Origin: Fistulifera solaris
Taxonomy: Eukaryota
Direction of reading: 5' to 3'
NCBI GenBank assembly: GCA_030295235.1
Contig: AP026153.1
Span: forward strand, 496,001 to 560,000
DNA: 64,000 nucleotides
Part shown: in pieces, positions 51,444 through 63,100 of the stretch
How positions within the stretch are numbered: position 1 is the first letter of the stretch
How the letters are laid out: the number at the start of each line of letters is the position of its first letter
The notes under the pieces: generated by a model
What the model was told of the DNA's origin: nothing
The model's input: the letters and a program-made list of their open reading frames with translations, nothing else
Databases searched by the model: none
Made by a program: the position numbers and the translations under genes

Positions 51444-53117
51444 TTAGTCTTCTAGGAACTCCGTCATGCTTTTGGCGGAAACGTAAATCGTATCATACAA
51501 CCGGAAGAATTCTTCCTTTGTTACCCAGAAGATGCCATCATCTGCAACCACGTGCTTCAGTTCCTGTTCGATTTGAGGGTACTTTTCCCATCCCGGTCCG
51601 TCGTCATCAAATTCGCCGTTTTCCATCTCGCCTTTTCCCCATGGATTTCTAACTTTGATCATGTCAACGCCTGTACCGGCCACGTTTGTCCTACACTCGA
51701 TAACCGAGTAACCATGATTGTCCACCATTCCTGCTTCTTTCTTGACATCGTTGCTTCGTCCTGCACCCATGATGAAATTGACTTTATCCCAGGCACACAT
51801 TCGCTGGAAGACTTCTTCCAAAGACAACTCTCCCTTGCCGCCGCCACCTTCCTTGGGCCAAGCTCCTGGCCAAACCCCGGCATAGCTGTCGCTAGGTGCG
51901 TTCGTGTACGCCGACCACTTCTTCTTGTTAGGATCGTAGCGCGAAGAACAGTAATACAAATCGGTTTTCGGGTTGTGAAAAATGGTGTACTGTTCTTTGC
52001 AACCGGTCAGGAGAGCCCACGCATGCGTCGCGTGTCCACCCGTAATTTTATCCCAACCACCGCAATGCGCCGCAATGGCCTTTTCCAAATAGCACACCCA
52101 CAGTTCACCATCGGAGGATGGCTTGGAAGACAAGAGCCCCGTCTTGTTCGGATTCGCACATAAACGCTCGTCTACGACAATATCAACTTCGGTCCATGTG
52201 GGTAGATCCCACAATGTAATGGTGTACATATTTGGCTTTTCTCCCGGCATTTTATGCAAATCCTTGGTTTTGCGAAACAGTTTCTTAATGGCACCATCGA
52301 ATTCGGCCAAGGACGAAATACCCGAAAGTAACCAACAATCTCCCACTGCACCTTGTTTGATGTCGGACGGATCGACATTGCCGATGATTTTGAGTTTGGG
52401 ATCATCACAGCATCCCATACCTCGACCCGGCAGCAACGGTTTCGGCAACTTCCGCGCAAAATGCGTAGCCAAGACGGTATCGGTGTACTGATCACGTGCC
52501 GCAGGCGGCAACTCATCGTCGGGCAGTGCCGGCAAGGCCTGATAGTGCTGCATCAAGCAAGTCATCCATCCGTCCGGACCGACATCTTGGGGAGTGTAAT
52601 AAGCCGTACCTTCGCGATGAACAATTTTGTATTGTTGTTGTTTGACCGGCCAATCCAACATGGCCGTCTGGTATTGCAACGAAATGTATTGCCGAGGATT
52701 GGCGTGAAAGTCGGCAATAGCTTCTCGAATGTCTCCTTTCTTTTCCTGAGTCGTTCCAATACTTTCCGCCAAGACCGATCCATTGAATGTGCAACTTGTG
52801 ACTTTCCATTTGCTGGGAATCTCGTTCGGATGCGGAGGAGGAGACGAGGGGGAATCAACTATGGCTGATTCGGGTGTCTCTACTCCTTTGGTTTTCTTGG
52901 AAGAATAGGGGCGATTTTTTGCTGCTTCTGACGAGGAAGCGGATGAAGCCACAGAAGAAGACGAAACCGAAGCAGATGATGCGGAAGAAGCCTCCGAATC
53001 ATCACGGTTCGCCGATGTATCGGGAGGAGAAGAGTTCTTGGCTTCGTTTTCCGTCGGTGAGGACTCCTGTGGAGCTTCCTGTGGCTCGACTTTCGGCTCG
53101 CTCCTGCAATTTCCCAT
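51444..53117 (-). CDS. Calpain-family (CysPc) cysteine protease with MGNC N-terminus
   Basis: QGAVGDCWLLS, LEKA.A, NHGYSV and RNPWG catalytic triad motifs; DDGIFW. Confidence 0.92.
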   Translation of the reverse strand: MGNCRSEPKVEPQEAPQESSPTENEAKNSSPPDTSANRDDSEASSASSASVSSSSVASSASSSEAAKNRPYSSKKTKGVETPESAIVDSPSSPPPHPNEIPSKWKVTSCTFNGSVLAESIGTTQEKKGDIREAIADFHANPRQYISLQYQTAMLDWPVKQQQYKIVHREGTAYYTPQDVGPDGWMTCLMQHYQALPALPDDELPPAARDQYTDTVLATHFARKLPKPLLPGRGMGCCDDPKLKIIGNVDPSDIKQGAVGDCWLLSGISSLAEFDGAIKKLFRKTKDLHKMPGEKPNMYTITLWDLPTWTEVDIVVDERLCANPNKTGLLSSKPSSDGELWVCYLEKAIAAHCGGWDKITGGHATHAWALLTGCKEQYTIFHNPKTDLYYCSSRYDPNKKKWSAYTNAPSDSYAGVWPGAWPKEGGGGKGELSLEEVFQRMCAWDKVNFIMGAGRSNDVKKEAGMVDNHGYSVIECRTNVAGTGVDMIKVRNPWGKGEMENGEFDDDGPGWEKYPQIEQELKHVVADDGIFWVTKEEFFRLYDTIYVSAKSMTEFLED

Positions 53118-53636
53118 GACTAGTGCTGTTTGTGTAGCTAATAGGTCTTTTGAGGGAAAAAATAAGGTAAAGGAAAATGATCGTTTCAGGAAAACATCTT
53201 CCGTGCTTTTACGCCTTGCTTCCAAGATGTGGAGGCGAAGAAAAGAATGACCCTTGGCGTGATCTACAGTCATTGTGATATTTGGTACCGTACGACACCG
53301 ATGTTGTTCTACGAATAGTGAGCACGCTATACCGAAAAACCTGCTCCCTAAGGGATAAAATAAAGTTACATACGTACACGTACGTACACGCGCACGTGTG
53401 TGCGGACGTTAAAATTCTGCCTCTCAGTACAAATTTCTACTTAGAGCCTACGGCGAGGCAGAATTTTAACGTCGTTTCAATCTTTGTTTCTTTTGAATTC
53501 GAACAAAAGAATAACGATGAAAGAGAAATAAGGCGTCCGCGATGGCAACGGCAATTGCCTTGCTTTTTGAGGCTCATTCTTGACTGCCTTTTGTGTATAG
53601 GTGACAAAAAATATAGCGTCAAAAGAAAGCACAAAA

Positions 53637-54440
53637 ATGGTGACTGTACGTAAACAAGACAACCTACAGAATGGCGACATTCCTATTCTTCCCACCGTTC
53701 TTATCGGCGCCGGCATGATGCATGCTACATTTTTGTTTCTACAAACACGAGTTCCGTCCTGGAAAGCGGCGAAGGAGTTTTGCATCCATGCAGCAACAGA
53801 GGACTGTCTGCGTCCCGATTTAATGGCCTTTCAATGCATCAGCGGAATGGTCTTTGTCGTCTGCGCGGTTTTGGGAATTTACGCCTGGTACGGAACACGC
53901 TCCTGTCACTCGCAACAACGACTCTTTGCGAAACTTCCAGTAGCACAGTGGTTGACACTCTGGAACTTGACGTATCAGATCTGGGATTTTGGGATTTCGT
54001 TCGTCATTCCGGAATTCAAGCAGCCCATCTTGTTTGCTCATCATGCCGCTGCGGCGACCGTGGCCTATGCCGCTTTGCGTTACAACATGTTGGGATATTA
54101 CGCAATCTTTTTCATGGGGTTATCGGAAGTGTCTTCAATATTTCTCGTCGTCATCGATTTGGGTCGATACATCCCACCCGAACCTGGAACTTTGTACGAC
54201 ACTTTCGTCAATCAAGTGTGTGCACCCTTGTTTGTTGTCACGTTCTTTTACTATCGTGTCATCTTGTGGTGGTATCCCATTACTGTCAACCTTTTAAAAG
54301 ATGTCTCGGATGGACTGAAAAAGTCAAAAACATCGCAATGGGTCATGTACTTGTTGCTGTTGCTCGATGTCCCGATGGGTTTCTTGCAATTGTACTGGAT
54401 GGCACTCATTGTGCAAACATTGCACGCGCAAATGAGTTGA
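53637..54440 (+). CDS. TLC (TRAM/LAG1/CLN8) domain membrane protein
   Basis: YQIWD, AHH, SEVSS.FL, FFYYRV and LQLYW. Confidence 0.85.
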   Translation: MVTVRKQDNLQNGDIPILPTVLIGAGMMHATFLFLQTRVPSWKAAKEFCIHAATEDCLRPDLMAFQCISGMVFVVCAVLGIYAWYGTRSCHSQQRLFAKLPVAQWLTLWNLTYQIWDFGISFVIPEFKQPILFAHHAAAATVAYAALRYNMLGYYAIFFMGLSEVSSIFLVVIDLGRYIPPEPGTLYDTFVNQVCAPLFVVTFFYYRVILWWYPITVNLLKDVSDGLKKSKTSQWVMYLLLLLDVPMGFLQLYWMALIVQTLHAQMS

Positions 54441-54500
54441 AGACTCTGTAATAGACTAGTGATTCCAATACCATGGATATTTCCGTGGTTGTCATTGGAT

Positions 54501-55424
54501 TTAGGCGGCGATATGATTCGCTTTGTAGTCATCCAAGATTTGTCGAGCGACATTGGTAATGTGAGCAAAGCGTTTGGATCCCAAGTGAATACCTCCAAAC
54601 CACCGTGATACAACTACCAACACACCATTTTCGTTGCGTACCGATAATAAGTGAGCCAACCGTGATCCGGCAGCATCTTCGCCATCATCATCATTGTCGT
54701 GTTTCCAGACACCGTCTTGACAAACTCTCCACGCGTACTGATCAATCGTGAAAAACGCGTGAGTACATTTAGTACAGCGAGTCAAGAGGTGCACAAATAG
54801 GGAGTTTGCACGTACCATATTGTGCGTAGCTCGTTGCAGTTTGGTCGAACTCTGCAAGAGTTGAAGTAAAGCAGGCTGTACGTCGGCATCGCTTTGAATG
54901 TTGCATACATGAGCCTGAAATGTTGATTTGCGATCCAACAAAGGCTCACCTGTCATCCACTGGTACGATGGACTCATCAGGTATTCTGTTTTTGTCACTG
55001 CTTCATTCGATGAAAGTCTCATTTCGTCGTCGTCTGGATTCTCGTTGTTCGTGATGTGGTTGCCATCTTCAATGTATTCATTCCAAGCCTGGAGCGCAGC
55101 CGAACAACATGTCAAAGCAGCTTCCATTTGCAATTCGAAACATTCCTGGGCGTGTTGCCGAAAAGCTGTGAGAGCCGCTTCCAAACGTACTTTGTCGTGT
55201 GATGTCGAAGCGCGAAAGGCGGCCAAATGCAAAGGTTCCGTCAACGGATATCCTTCACGCCATTCCAGAACACAAGATACAGTCGGAGAGAATTGAAAGG
55301 TGACTTGAAAAGGAAATTGCAAACGTTCCAATTCGACGTCGTTCATCTGTATTTCGGTGTCAAAGGCTGCCAACAACATTTCTATATCGGCGCGGGCGCG
55401 CTCGAAAGATTCGGAAGAATCCAT
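54501..55424 (-). CDS. IMPACT: IMPACT/Yih1-like protein (RWD plus UPF0029), in-frame intron 54738-54815
   Basis: DRKSTFQAH, ATHNM/YAWR, DDDGEDAAG and SRWFGGIHLG..RF.HI. Confidence 0.9.
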   Translation of the reverse strand: MDSSESFERARADIEMLLAAFDTEIQMNDVELERLQFPFQVTFQFSPTVSCVLEWREGYPLTEPLHLAAFRASTSHDKVRLEAALTAFRQHAQECFELQMEAALTCCSAALQAWNEYIEDGNHITNNENPDDDEMRLSSNEAVTKTEYLMSPSYQWMTGEPLLDRKSTFQAHVCNIQSDADVQPALLQLLQSSTKLQRATHNMVRANSLFVHLLTRCTKCTHAFFTIDQYAWRVCQDGVWKHDNDDDGEDAAGSRLAHLLSVRNENGVLVVVSRWFGGIHLGSKRFAHITNVARQILDDYKANHIAA

Positions 55425-55784
55425 GAGTAGTTCCGCTAATGACCAATTGCTGTCTTCGCTATAGGGGGCTGACTGTTGTATTCATTTGATTGTATTCGCT
55501 TGATTATAAGGAAAGGAAACTACCATTGCCGATAATAACGACCAAAAGTTTATCAAAAGAACAATAAAATGGCGCGCCGCCTATCGTTGGTCCAAACGTC
55601 GTCCGCTGCTTCAAAATTCAAAATGACCCATGACTGGATCCACGATTGCTCCCATGACCGACCAAATTCTCGGGTTTTCAGCTCATACCTCATAAAATAA
55701 CTAGTGCGATCATTCTCATATATCAAGATATTACTTAATAAATATATTATTATGGATTACGAAATATATATAAGCAAAACAATA

Positions 55785-56701
55785 TTAAAGAGGTGGCATG
55801 TAGGACGGCGATCCTTGTAATTCCGAGAGTCGCTTTCGAATCAATAGATCCAGCAGCTGACTTTGATTGTTGTTCATTCCTGGATGTCCTCCGAGACGAA
55901 GACCTTGTTGCTGCTGTTGTAATAAACAAGCTTGTTGAAGACGTTGTTGGTGGGCTTGCTCACGTGCGAGTAAGGCCGCTCGCATCGGATTCTCCGCTGG
56001 ATTTCGGAGCATCATGGCCGATACGAGAGCTGGATGATGATTCGAAGCAGTCAGCAGTTGCTGTTGCGGAGGGAAGCGATTCATGGGGAAGTTCGGCAGC
56101 GTGCCACCGCCGGGATTCGCCGTGAAGGTGGGCGTGACTTGCATTGGAGGTCGTGTCGGAGCCACATTAACCGCCATCTGCCGCTTCTCCACCCTCGGTT
56201 GCGCCACTTTCGAAGGAGACTTGACCGCAAGACTCTTTGCTACTTCCATGGCCGGATTCGTGTGCCGGTTGCTTCCCGTGACGTAATGGAGGATTTGAGG
56301 TTTGCCTTTTTGAAAACAGGGATGACTGAATACCAAGTCTTCCATGGCGCATTCTTGGCTCGTAATGATCTTTCGAAAGCCGTATCGATAGAGCTTGCGC
56401 GTGAAACTGAAGAGCTTCGACCCCTGAAAGCAATTGTCCAGGGTCTCGTTGAAGTTTTTGGGTCGAATCACGAACGATTCACCGTCCGGCAGCCACCAAA
56501 TGGCGTGATCCGTACTCGGATCGTCGACGACTTCCATGAGCTTTTGAGGAAAGGTCTTGGTGATGACGAGACGATCGCTAATGAGAGGCGAAGTGCCTGT
56601 TACTTTTTAAAGAAACGGCAATACAAGAATGCATCTGTGAGGTCTTTTGCCAAGCGCTCACAACATCACTTACACGATTCAGCAATGCTCCGTACCTTCA
56701 T
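55785..56701 (-). CDS. Heat-shock-factor family transcription factor, intron about 56597-56673
   Basis: FPQKLM, IWWLPDGESFVI, SFTRKLYRYGFRK and FSHPCF DNA-binding domain; Q-rich tail. Confidence 0.92.
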
Positions 56702-58751
56702 TTGATTTGTTAGTTGTAACAATAGCATTCATGATGTTGCTTGTTTCCTTGCGATTGTAGCTCGAATGAATGGAAGAATTGTGCTTGAAAACAATAATGG
56801 TTCGATTATTCAAGTCACCGAGATAATGATGTTTTTACTTCGAACGCAAAAACGATCGAACAAGCGTGGTGACGGCACATGACATGAGGGGGAGGCTGAA
56901 GGCTGAACGTGCCTTGGGCAAACGAGGGAAACAAAGGCAAAACGCTATACTCCAACAGTACGGTAATAATCGAGGAAGAACTTTATTTGACTTCGTTTTC
57001 CGGAAGCCGAATTGAAGAAAAAGTACTCTTTGGAAAGGACTTGTCAGTTGAATAATTTTTACGCTATCACAAAATAGCTTTTCAGAATGGCCTTGTGGTT
57101 CCATGAATACATATTAAATACTTTCCGGTCCATTGTAAATTATACACATGTACACTTGTTTTCAGTGTCCTGTGTCAAAGCGAACCTCTTAATCGGAGTG
57201 ACGCTTAAGATTTGCTTCTTAGATCTTCGATGTCGTGTCGATTCTTCCGAAAACGGGTCGGCTCGTGCCTCGTGCCAGCCGATGACGGCTAACCGTTAAG
57301 TCATTCGTGGTTTGGCTTGCCGTTTATTACTGTATACTGTATTTACGATCTACGATTTCACATATATCATCGAAGTGTGGATGACCTTAAAGAAATAAGC
57401 TATGTATTGCGACTACAATCGAAAGATTATTACTCCGAGTATGGCAGAAATAGGCATATACAAGTAGTCTTAAATACGATTTAGGTAAGGTAATAAGAAC
57501 AAAAAGTGAATCTGACTGGAATCTGGCATATCCTTTAAGACATGAGCAAGTGAGACGTGCCGTTTCCACGTTTTTCCCGTACCCCGTCTACTGCCTGCTG
57601 CCTGTGCCCACACACTCGGAGTCGGGACTGGCATTTTTGTTGAAACTGCTAGTGTCCGCACTTGATTGAGGAATGAATTAGGGAATAAAGGCAAACATTA
57701 TCGAAAGGCGAAAAGCGACTATCTAGAGAGAGTCTAAAGAGCGCCTCTCTAGCTTTTTTTAAAAATAAGCCGCCTTTAAACTTCAAACTTTAGCTGCTGC
57801 TTTAGTGCGACGGCACCTTAACACGCTAACAAGTAAGAATGATTTCGTGGACCACGACCTCATTAATCTTATCGCATCGAGTAATCAAAGCGAGAAGCTT
57901 GTTTTCGTTTCTCTCCATTTTTTATGTCGCAGTTAGAGACCGCCATGAGGCTCGAACGAGGCTTCGACTTCTCTATTGATGAGCAACCGCGTGATCTTTG
58001 AGGATCGTTTAGAGTACAAGCAGTTATTGCGCGCTTTAGTTCGAAAATTCCGCCAAGTGAATGAATTGTATCAACAGACTATTTGATTGTGAAATAGTCT
58101 CTTGGATGTAACCATAGAAATAGTTCCTATGGAGATATAGCCGAACGAGAGAAGAGATCAAAATTCTGATTCGTGACCGATGCAGTCAGTCGTAAAAAGG
58201 AATCTACACATTGGATTATAGTAAAAATTAGATTGAAAATGATTCTCACGGCTTTTCGATATAGGATATCGAAGGATGCATTGTAAATCGCATTCAAGGC
58301 ATTGAAATGGAGGAGATAGCAATAAATAAGGCTCTACAGACAAGTAGAACGACGCTGGCTCGGTGAAAGTGTGGCTCGAAAAATGTTCATTCATGACTGA
58401 AATGCAGTCTTGGAGAAAAACGAGTACACATTGGTCCATAATAAATAATACGAGAGATGTTCTAGGCTTCCGGATGTAAATATATGAATGAACAAGGATG
58501 CATTGCACTGTACCGGCATCAATTGAAGCGGAAGATAATGGCAGCCATTTGCCATTTGTGCTCAACACCCATAATTCGTGTTACTATTAGCCGTACCTCT
58601 TTGGATTTCTCTTCTAGCAATTCTACATCCGGATTATATTTGAAACTTTGCTCACGCACACACGCGACGCAAAAAGCAAAACGCAATAAAGATCACACAT
58701 CAAACACACCTTGTTCTAAAAAAATTGGAAACACGGTAAACATTTGGACCC

Positions 58752-59687
58752 ATGAAAGCTCTATCAACGAATTGTCGATCGTCAAAGACGGTGTATGTAT
58801 CGGGCACTGTACTTGTACGGATAATATTCTTTGTAGGCATCGTGCAAGTATCCGTTGCGCGGCGACTCCCCAAAGTACCTGGCGTTCCTTACGATTTTGA
58901 TGACAATGAAACAACCGCACATGGCTGGGGAAGAGAATTGACGCTATTTGCTACTGAAGTAGACGCAGACGACCCTCCAGCCGTCAGCAGCATGAGAGCC
59001 GGAAGTCGTTCCTTTGATAACGACGGCTCCTTTCCTTCTTTTCCATTCCGCGAAAGCGGCCCTTCTCGATACTCTTCTTCTTACAATCGGCCTCCCAAAC
59101 GCAGTTTATTACAACCTCTGACGGACTGGTGGTCCGCGAATATCAGTCCCAGCGTCAAATCGTGGCCCAAAATTGTGTGTCGCGTCGAACCCACCACGAC
59201 ACTCAAGTTGCGCAAAACGTTTCGACCACTCGGTACCATTATACGACTGGGTGCGAATTTCAATACACAATTACAAGTATGGCAATTCAAAAGTGATTGG
59301 GAAGATGCCATCATTGGAGGCAAACTGACACTGGCCGGGAGGGAATTGCAATTGACGAAATCGTGGCAACTCAGTGTCGGAGCTGTCGAAGATTTGGTAA
59401 CACGACTGCGTTTTCGGGCCGCGGTGGATTTGAGTACCTGGAAGGCGTATGCTCGTGTGGGCTTTCGAACGGAACGATTGAGTCCGATCAATATCATGGA
59501 AGGATTTACGTTTCAAAAAGAAGTTCCGTTGGATGGACCCAGTGGTCACGTGAAATTGCAAGTCAAGGCGAACTTTGCCTTGCCCGAACCCGAAATTGAA
59601 TACTCGACCGAAACACAACGTTCTTTGATTGGTATGGGGGATATTCAAGTCAGTATTGAAGAATTGAATCTATTGTTGGATTATTGA
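58752..59687 (+). CDS. Hypothetical protein with beta-strand-rich C-terminal domain
   Basis: Intact 311-aa ORF; N-terminal hydrophobic segment; alternating hydrophobic strands. Confidence 0.75.
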   Translation: MKALSTNCRSSKTVYVSGTVLVRIIFFVGIVQVSVARRLPKVPGVPYDFDDNETTAHGWGRELTLFATEVDADDPPAVSSMRAGSRSFDNDGSFPSFPFRESGPSRYSSSYNRPPKRSLLQPLTDWWSANISPSVKSWPKIVCRVEPTTTLKLRKTFRPLGTIIRLGANFNTQLQVWQFKSDWEDAIIGGKLTLAGRELQLTKSWQLSVGAVEDLVTRLRFRAAVDLSTWKAYARVGFRTERLSPINIMEGFTFQKEVPLDGPSGHVKLQVKANFALPEPEIEYSTETQRSLIGMGDIQVSIEELNLLLDY

Positions 59688-59774
59688 AAGAAAGTGCAAC
59701 AAATATTTGAAGAAAAATGTAGCATAACTAGATCACAAAGCAAGGTGCGTAATAGTACTTCAGCTACCTGGTAG

Positions 59775-60176
59775 TCATCGGCTCGGACGACGCGCACACT
59801 TGTTCTTCCAAGCCTCTCTCTCATTTGCGGTGAAATGTATTGAATCCAAGTACCCATCGATCGAACCGTAGCGTGAGTCGACCCAATTTAGTGTATCAAT
59901 CATGGCCTGTGCCGGACTGCCACGAAACAAATTCCAATCAATGTAATCATTGTTACTATTTCCCGCTCGTATGGCTTGTTGATCGGGACCCAACAGTTGT
60001 TCCGATAAACAGTAAGCTTCGATGATTTCCTCCCGTGTAGCACCGGCACAATGTTGCAGCAACATACTCAACAATCCGGTTCGATCTTTGCCTTTTGACA
60101 ATGCACCAATACAGGACCTTGTGACTGCAAACAAATCTGTAAACCTTGCTGGAACGCGGGTCCCCCACTTTGCAAT
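59775..60176 (-). pseudogene. 3' part of a tyrosine/lipid phosphatase gene (Y_phosphatase3/IphP-like), truncated by a retroelement
   Basis: Adding one G near 60092 gives GPVLVHCQKGKDRTG; also YGSIDGYL. The recognisable reading is lost at about 60176. Confidence 0.75.
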
Positions 60177-63100
60177 GTGTGCGCGAAAAGTTCGTCCTGC
60201 TGACTCAGGTACCCCAGTACAATTGTTCATTCCCGACTTCGACGAGAATTCCTTTTGTGCTCTCCCCCACTAATTCGACCCTCGCGGTTTCATTGGTGAA
60301 GCCCATTTTGATATTCATTTTGATTTCAACAAAGTGATGAGTCGGTCAAACGCCGATCCCCATGGTTCGTCAGGGGATTCAGCGAGCCCTGACCCGCCCG
60401 GCTTGCAGGAGGCAACGTCCGGTACTCGGATCCCTAATCAAGGTACAGCAGCTGCGCTTTGTACTTAGGACGCGCTCAGTCTTGAGACACCCCTACTGTG
60501 TCGCTATAGGTACAAACACCCCCACTGTTGACATCACAGAAGTCTCGTCGCCCAGGCCTCGACCTCCGGGCCCTTGTTGCAATTGTTCCAAAACCGCAAC
60601 ATGCAAAAACCGACGCTGCTTTTGTCGTAAAAACAATCTTCGATGCACCAATTGTTTTTGTCGTGCCTGCACCAACAAAAACACAGCTAATCCTTCCGAT
60701 GATTCCACACCCAATCCACCGGATAGCTTTCCACCCCACATCGAACAAATTCCAGAAGCCCACCGCACTGCACTTACCTTTCAGGGTCGCGAGCAGAGGC
60801 TTCTGAATCATCCAATCACCAATTCACGACGCCAAATTCGTCACCGGACGCAGTGAATACGCCTCCTACTCCGGATGTCGATGACTCCCTATTTGTTCCT
60901 CCTGTTCGCACGCCTCGAACAGCACAAGCACCACAACCGATGGCCCCTCCTTTCGACGACCTCGTGCAAGAAATTGCCAACGATCTCACAAGAGTCCTTG
61001 GCGCCTCCGCTTCTCACACAGGTTGATGGTGCTGATCCGATTGGTTTTATTGCCAGTGAAGCCCATTTGCGTTTTGAAACAAGTCTTCGGAGACTGGATT
61101 CACGACAACGATGGGACTCAACTCCATGGCAGTCTTTCAGCTGAGGAGGATTACGAGTGGCAAAAAACGCTATGAGGATCTGTGTTCTTCTTCCCCTAAT
61201 TATTACATGTTGCCCCTCGGTGGAGACACGGGTATTAAATTCCTCAATCAACTTGTTGCGGAATTTCAGGCAGTCCGGCTCCATCGCGCATAATTTTGAA
61301 CGTGTGATTGTCTTCGTGCAGGTGGTGCTTGCAAGCAAGCGTGATATCTCCGACGCCAAAGCAATCCGACCGTATTAATGATCGTCTTGAGCTCTGGGCT
61401 GGGAAGCAGTATCAATTGCTAGTTGATGATACTCTTCTCGAACGTAAATTTCAATTCGTGGACCGGTCGTTCGCTCAGATCTGGAAATTGCAGAGCGTTT
61501 CAGAAACACAGTTGAGTTTGGACGAATCAAAAAGGCGATGCAACAGCTAATGGAATCAACGCAAGAAGGTTCTTCTGTTTTAGACCCAGAATCAATTGAT
61601 TTGAAATCAGGCAAACCTGTCCGTGATGTTCTTGACGCAAAGCATCCTCCACAACGAGTTCCCGACTTGGAAAACGATGAAGACCATTCTGCGTTCGAGA
61701 AGTACGATACTACTCCCGATGCGGTCCCTCTCAGAATGACAGCACAAAGTATTGAAGAGGCTGCTCGTAATATCAATGGTAGTGGAGGTCCTAGCGGCAT
61801 TGATGCCAAAATGCTTCAGAACTGGCTTATCTGCTTTGGTGATGCATCATTTGCACTACGTCAAGAGTTAGCTGCCTGGACCGAGTGGTTAACAAATGGC
61901 GACCCACCGTGCAGCATCAATTCGAGCTCTAATGCATTGCAGACTCGTAGCATTAGACAAGAAACCTGGTGTTCGCCCCTATTGCAATTGGTGATATCTT
62001 CCGGCCTAATAGATCAAGCGGTTTTGAAAGCAACTGGTTATCACAGCACGGCTGAGGCTTCCAACTTCAACCTTTCTGTTGGTTTGCAAGCTGGTATTGA
62101 GGGGGCACTTCATGCCGTTCAAAAACGCTTACTTGATTCTTCGATTATTTCGGGCTTCTGATAGTTCAAGCTTGATACTTCCGACTTCTGATTCTTCGTC
62201 GGTACTTTCACTACCGTACCCGGGTGTTGGCTATGTTCCGCCCTCTTTATCTCCTTCGGATTCTGACAACAGTTCCACGACATCAATGCTAGATTCTCAG
62301 ACCGACCCCGAAGCGGTGGTATTGGTGGATGCCCGTAGCAGCTTTCAACGAACTCAATCGCCTGGTTATGCTGTGGACTGTGCGGCATCTGTATCCAGCA
62401 GGGGCCCGACTTATCTTTCATTCTTATCGGCACGCCTATTCTTTTTCTGAAGAGGTGAGGGAAAACCGTGCATCAAACTTCACAGCCAGCGAGGGAATTA
62501 CGCAAGGAGATCCCATGAGTATGATTATATACGGTCTTACCCTGGTTCCCTTGGCAAAACGCATTCGTGAAGCCACTAAGGATGTTGTGCAGCCATGGTA
62601 TGCGGATGACGTAGCTTTAGCGGGTCCTGCAAGTCAAATAGATATCGCGATGAAGCTGCTTATTAAGTATGGCCCTGACCGTGGTTACTATCCCGAACCC
62701 GAGAAAAGCCAGCTTGTTTGCATTGACCCTGAGTCCCGATTGGCTTGTAGTCGGTTGCTAGCTGAATACAAGTTTTCGTGTGTGCCGTCGCCAGATACCT
62801 TGGAGGATTTATTGGGGATCGGAGCTATCTTGGGGAGTGGCTGTGTCCCAAAATTGAAGCGTGGATATCCAAAGTTGAAGCGCTTTCCATGGTTGCTCGG
62901 ACTGAACCACAAGCAGCGTATGCGGCCTTCACAATCTCGCTACAAAATGAATGGGCTTACATTCAGCGTAGTTCCAGGCTGTGAAGAGTTTCTCAAACCG
63001 CTGGAGGTTGCCTTACGCACTTCTTTACTTCCAGCGATTCTTGGGGAGGGAGTCCGACTGTCGGTGAACTTCGAGAAATTACCACTCGCAACTAAGGCAG

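Noticed and set aside
26047..55424. Functional clustering of two RWD/GCN-pathway genes
   Set aside because: They are 27 kb apart with many unrelated genes between; probably coincidence.
57723..57752. CTAGAGAG...CTCTCTAG hairpin as a Helitron end
   Set aside because: Single short inverted repeat with no supporting element structure.
60330..60480. Self-cleaving ribozyme at the retroelement 5' end
   Set aside because: No complete hammerhead or HDV core could be identified by eye, and the region probably encodes the ORF start (ATG about 60337). An Infernal search would be needed.
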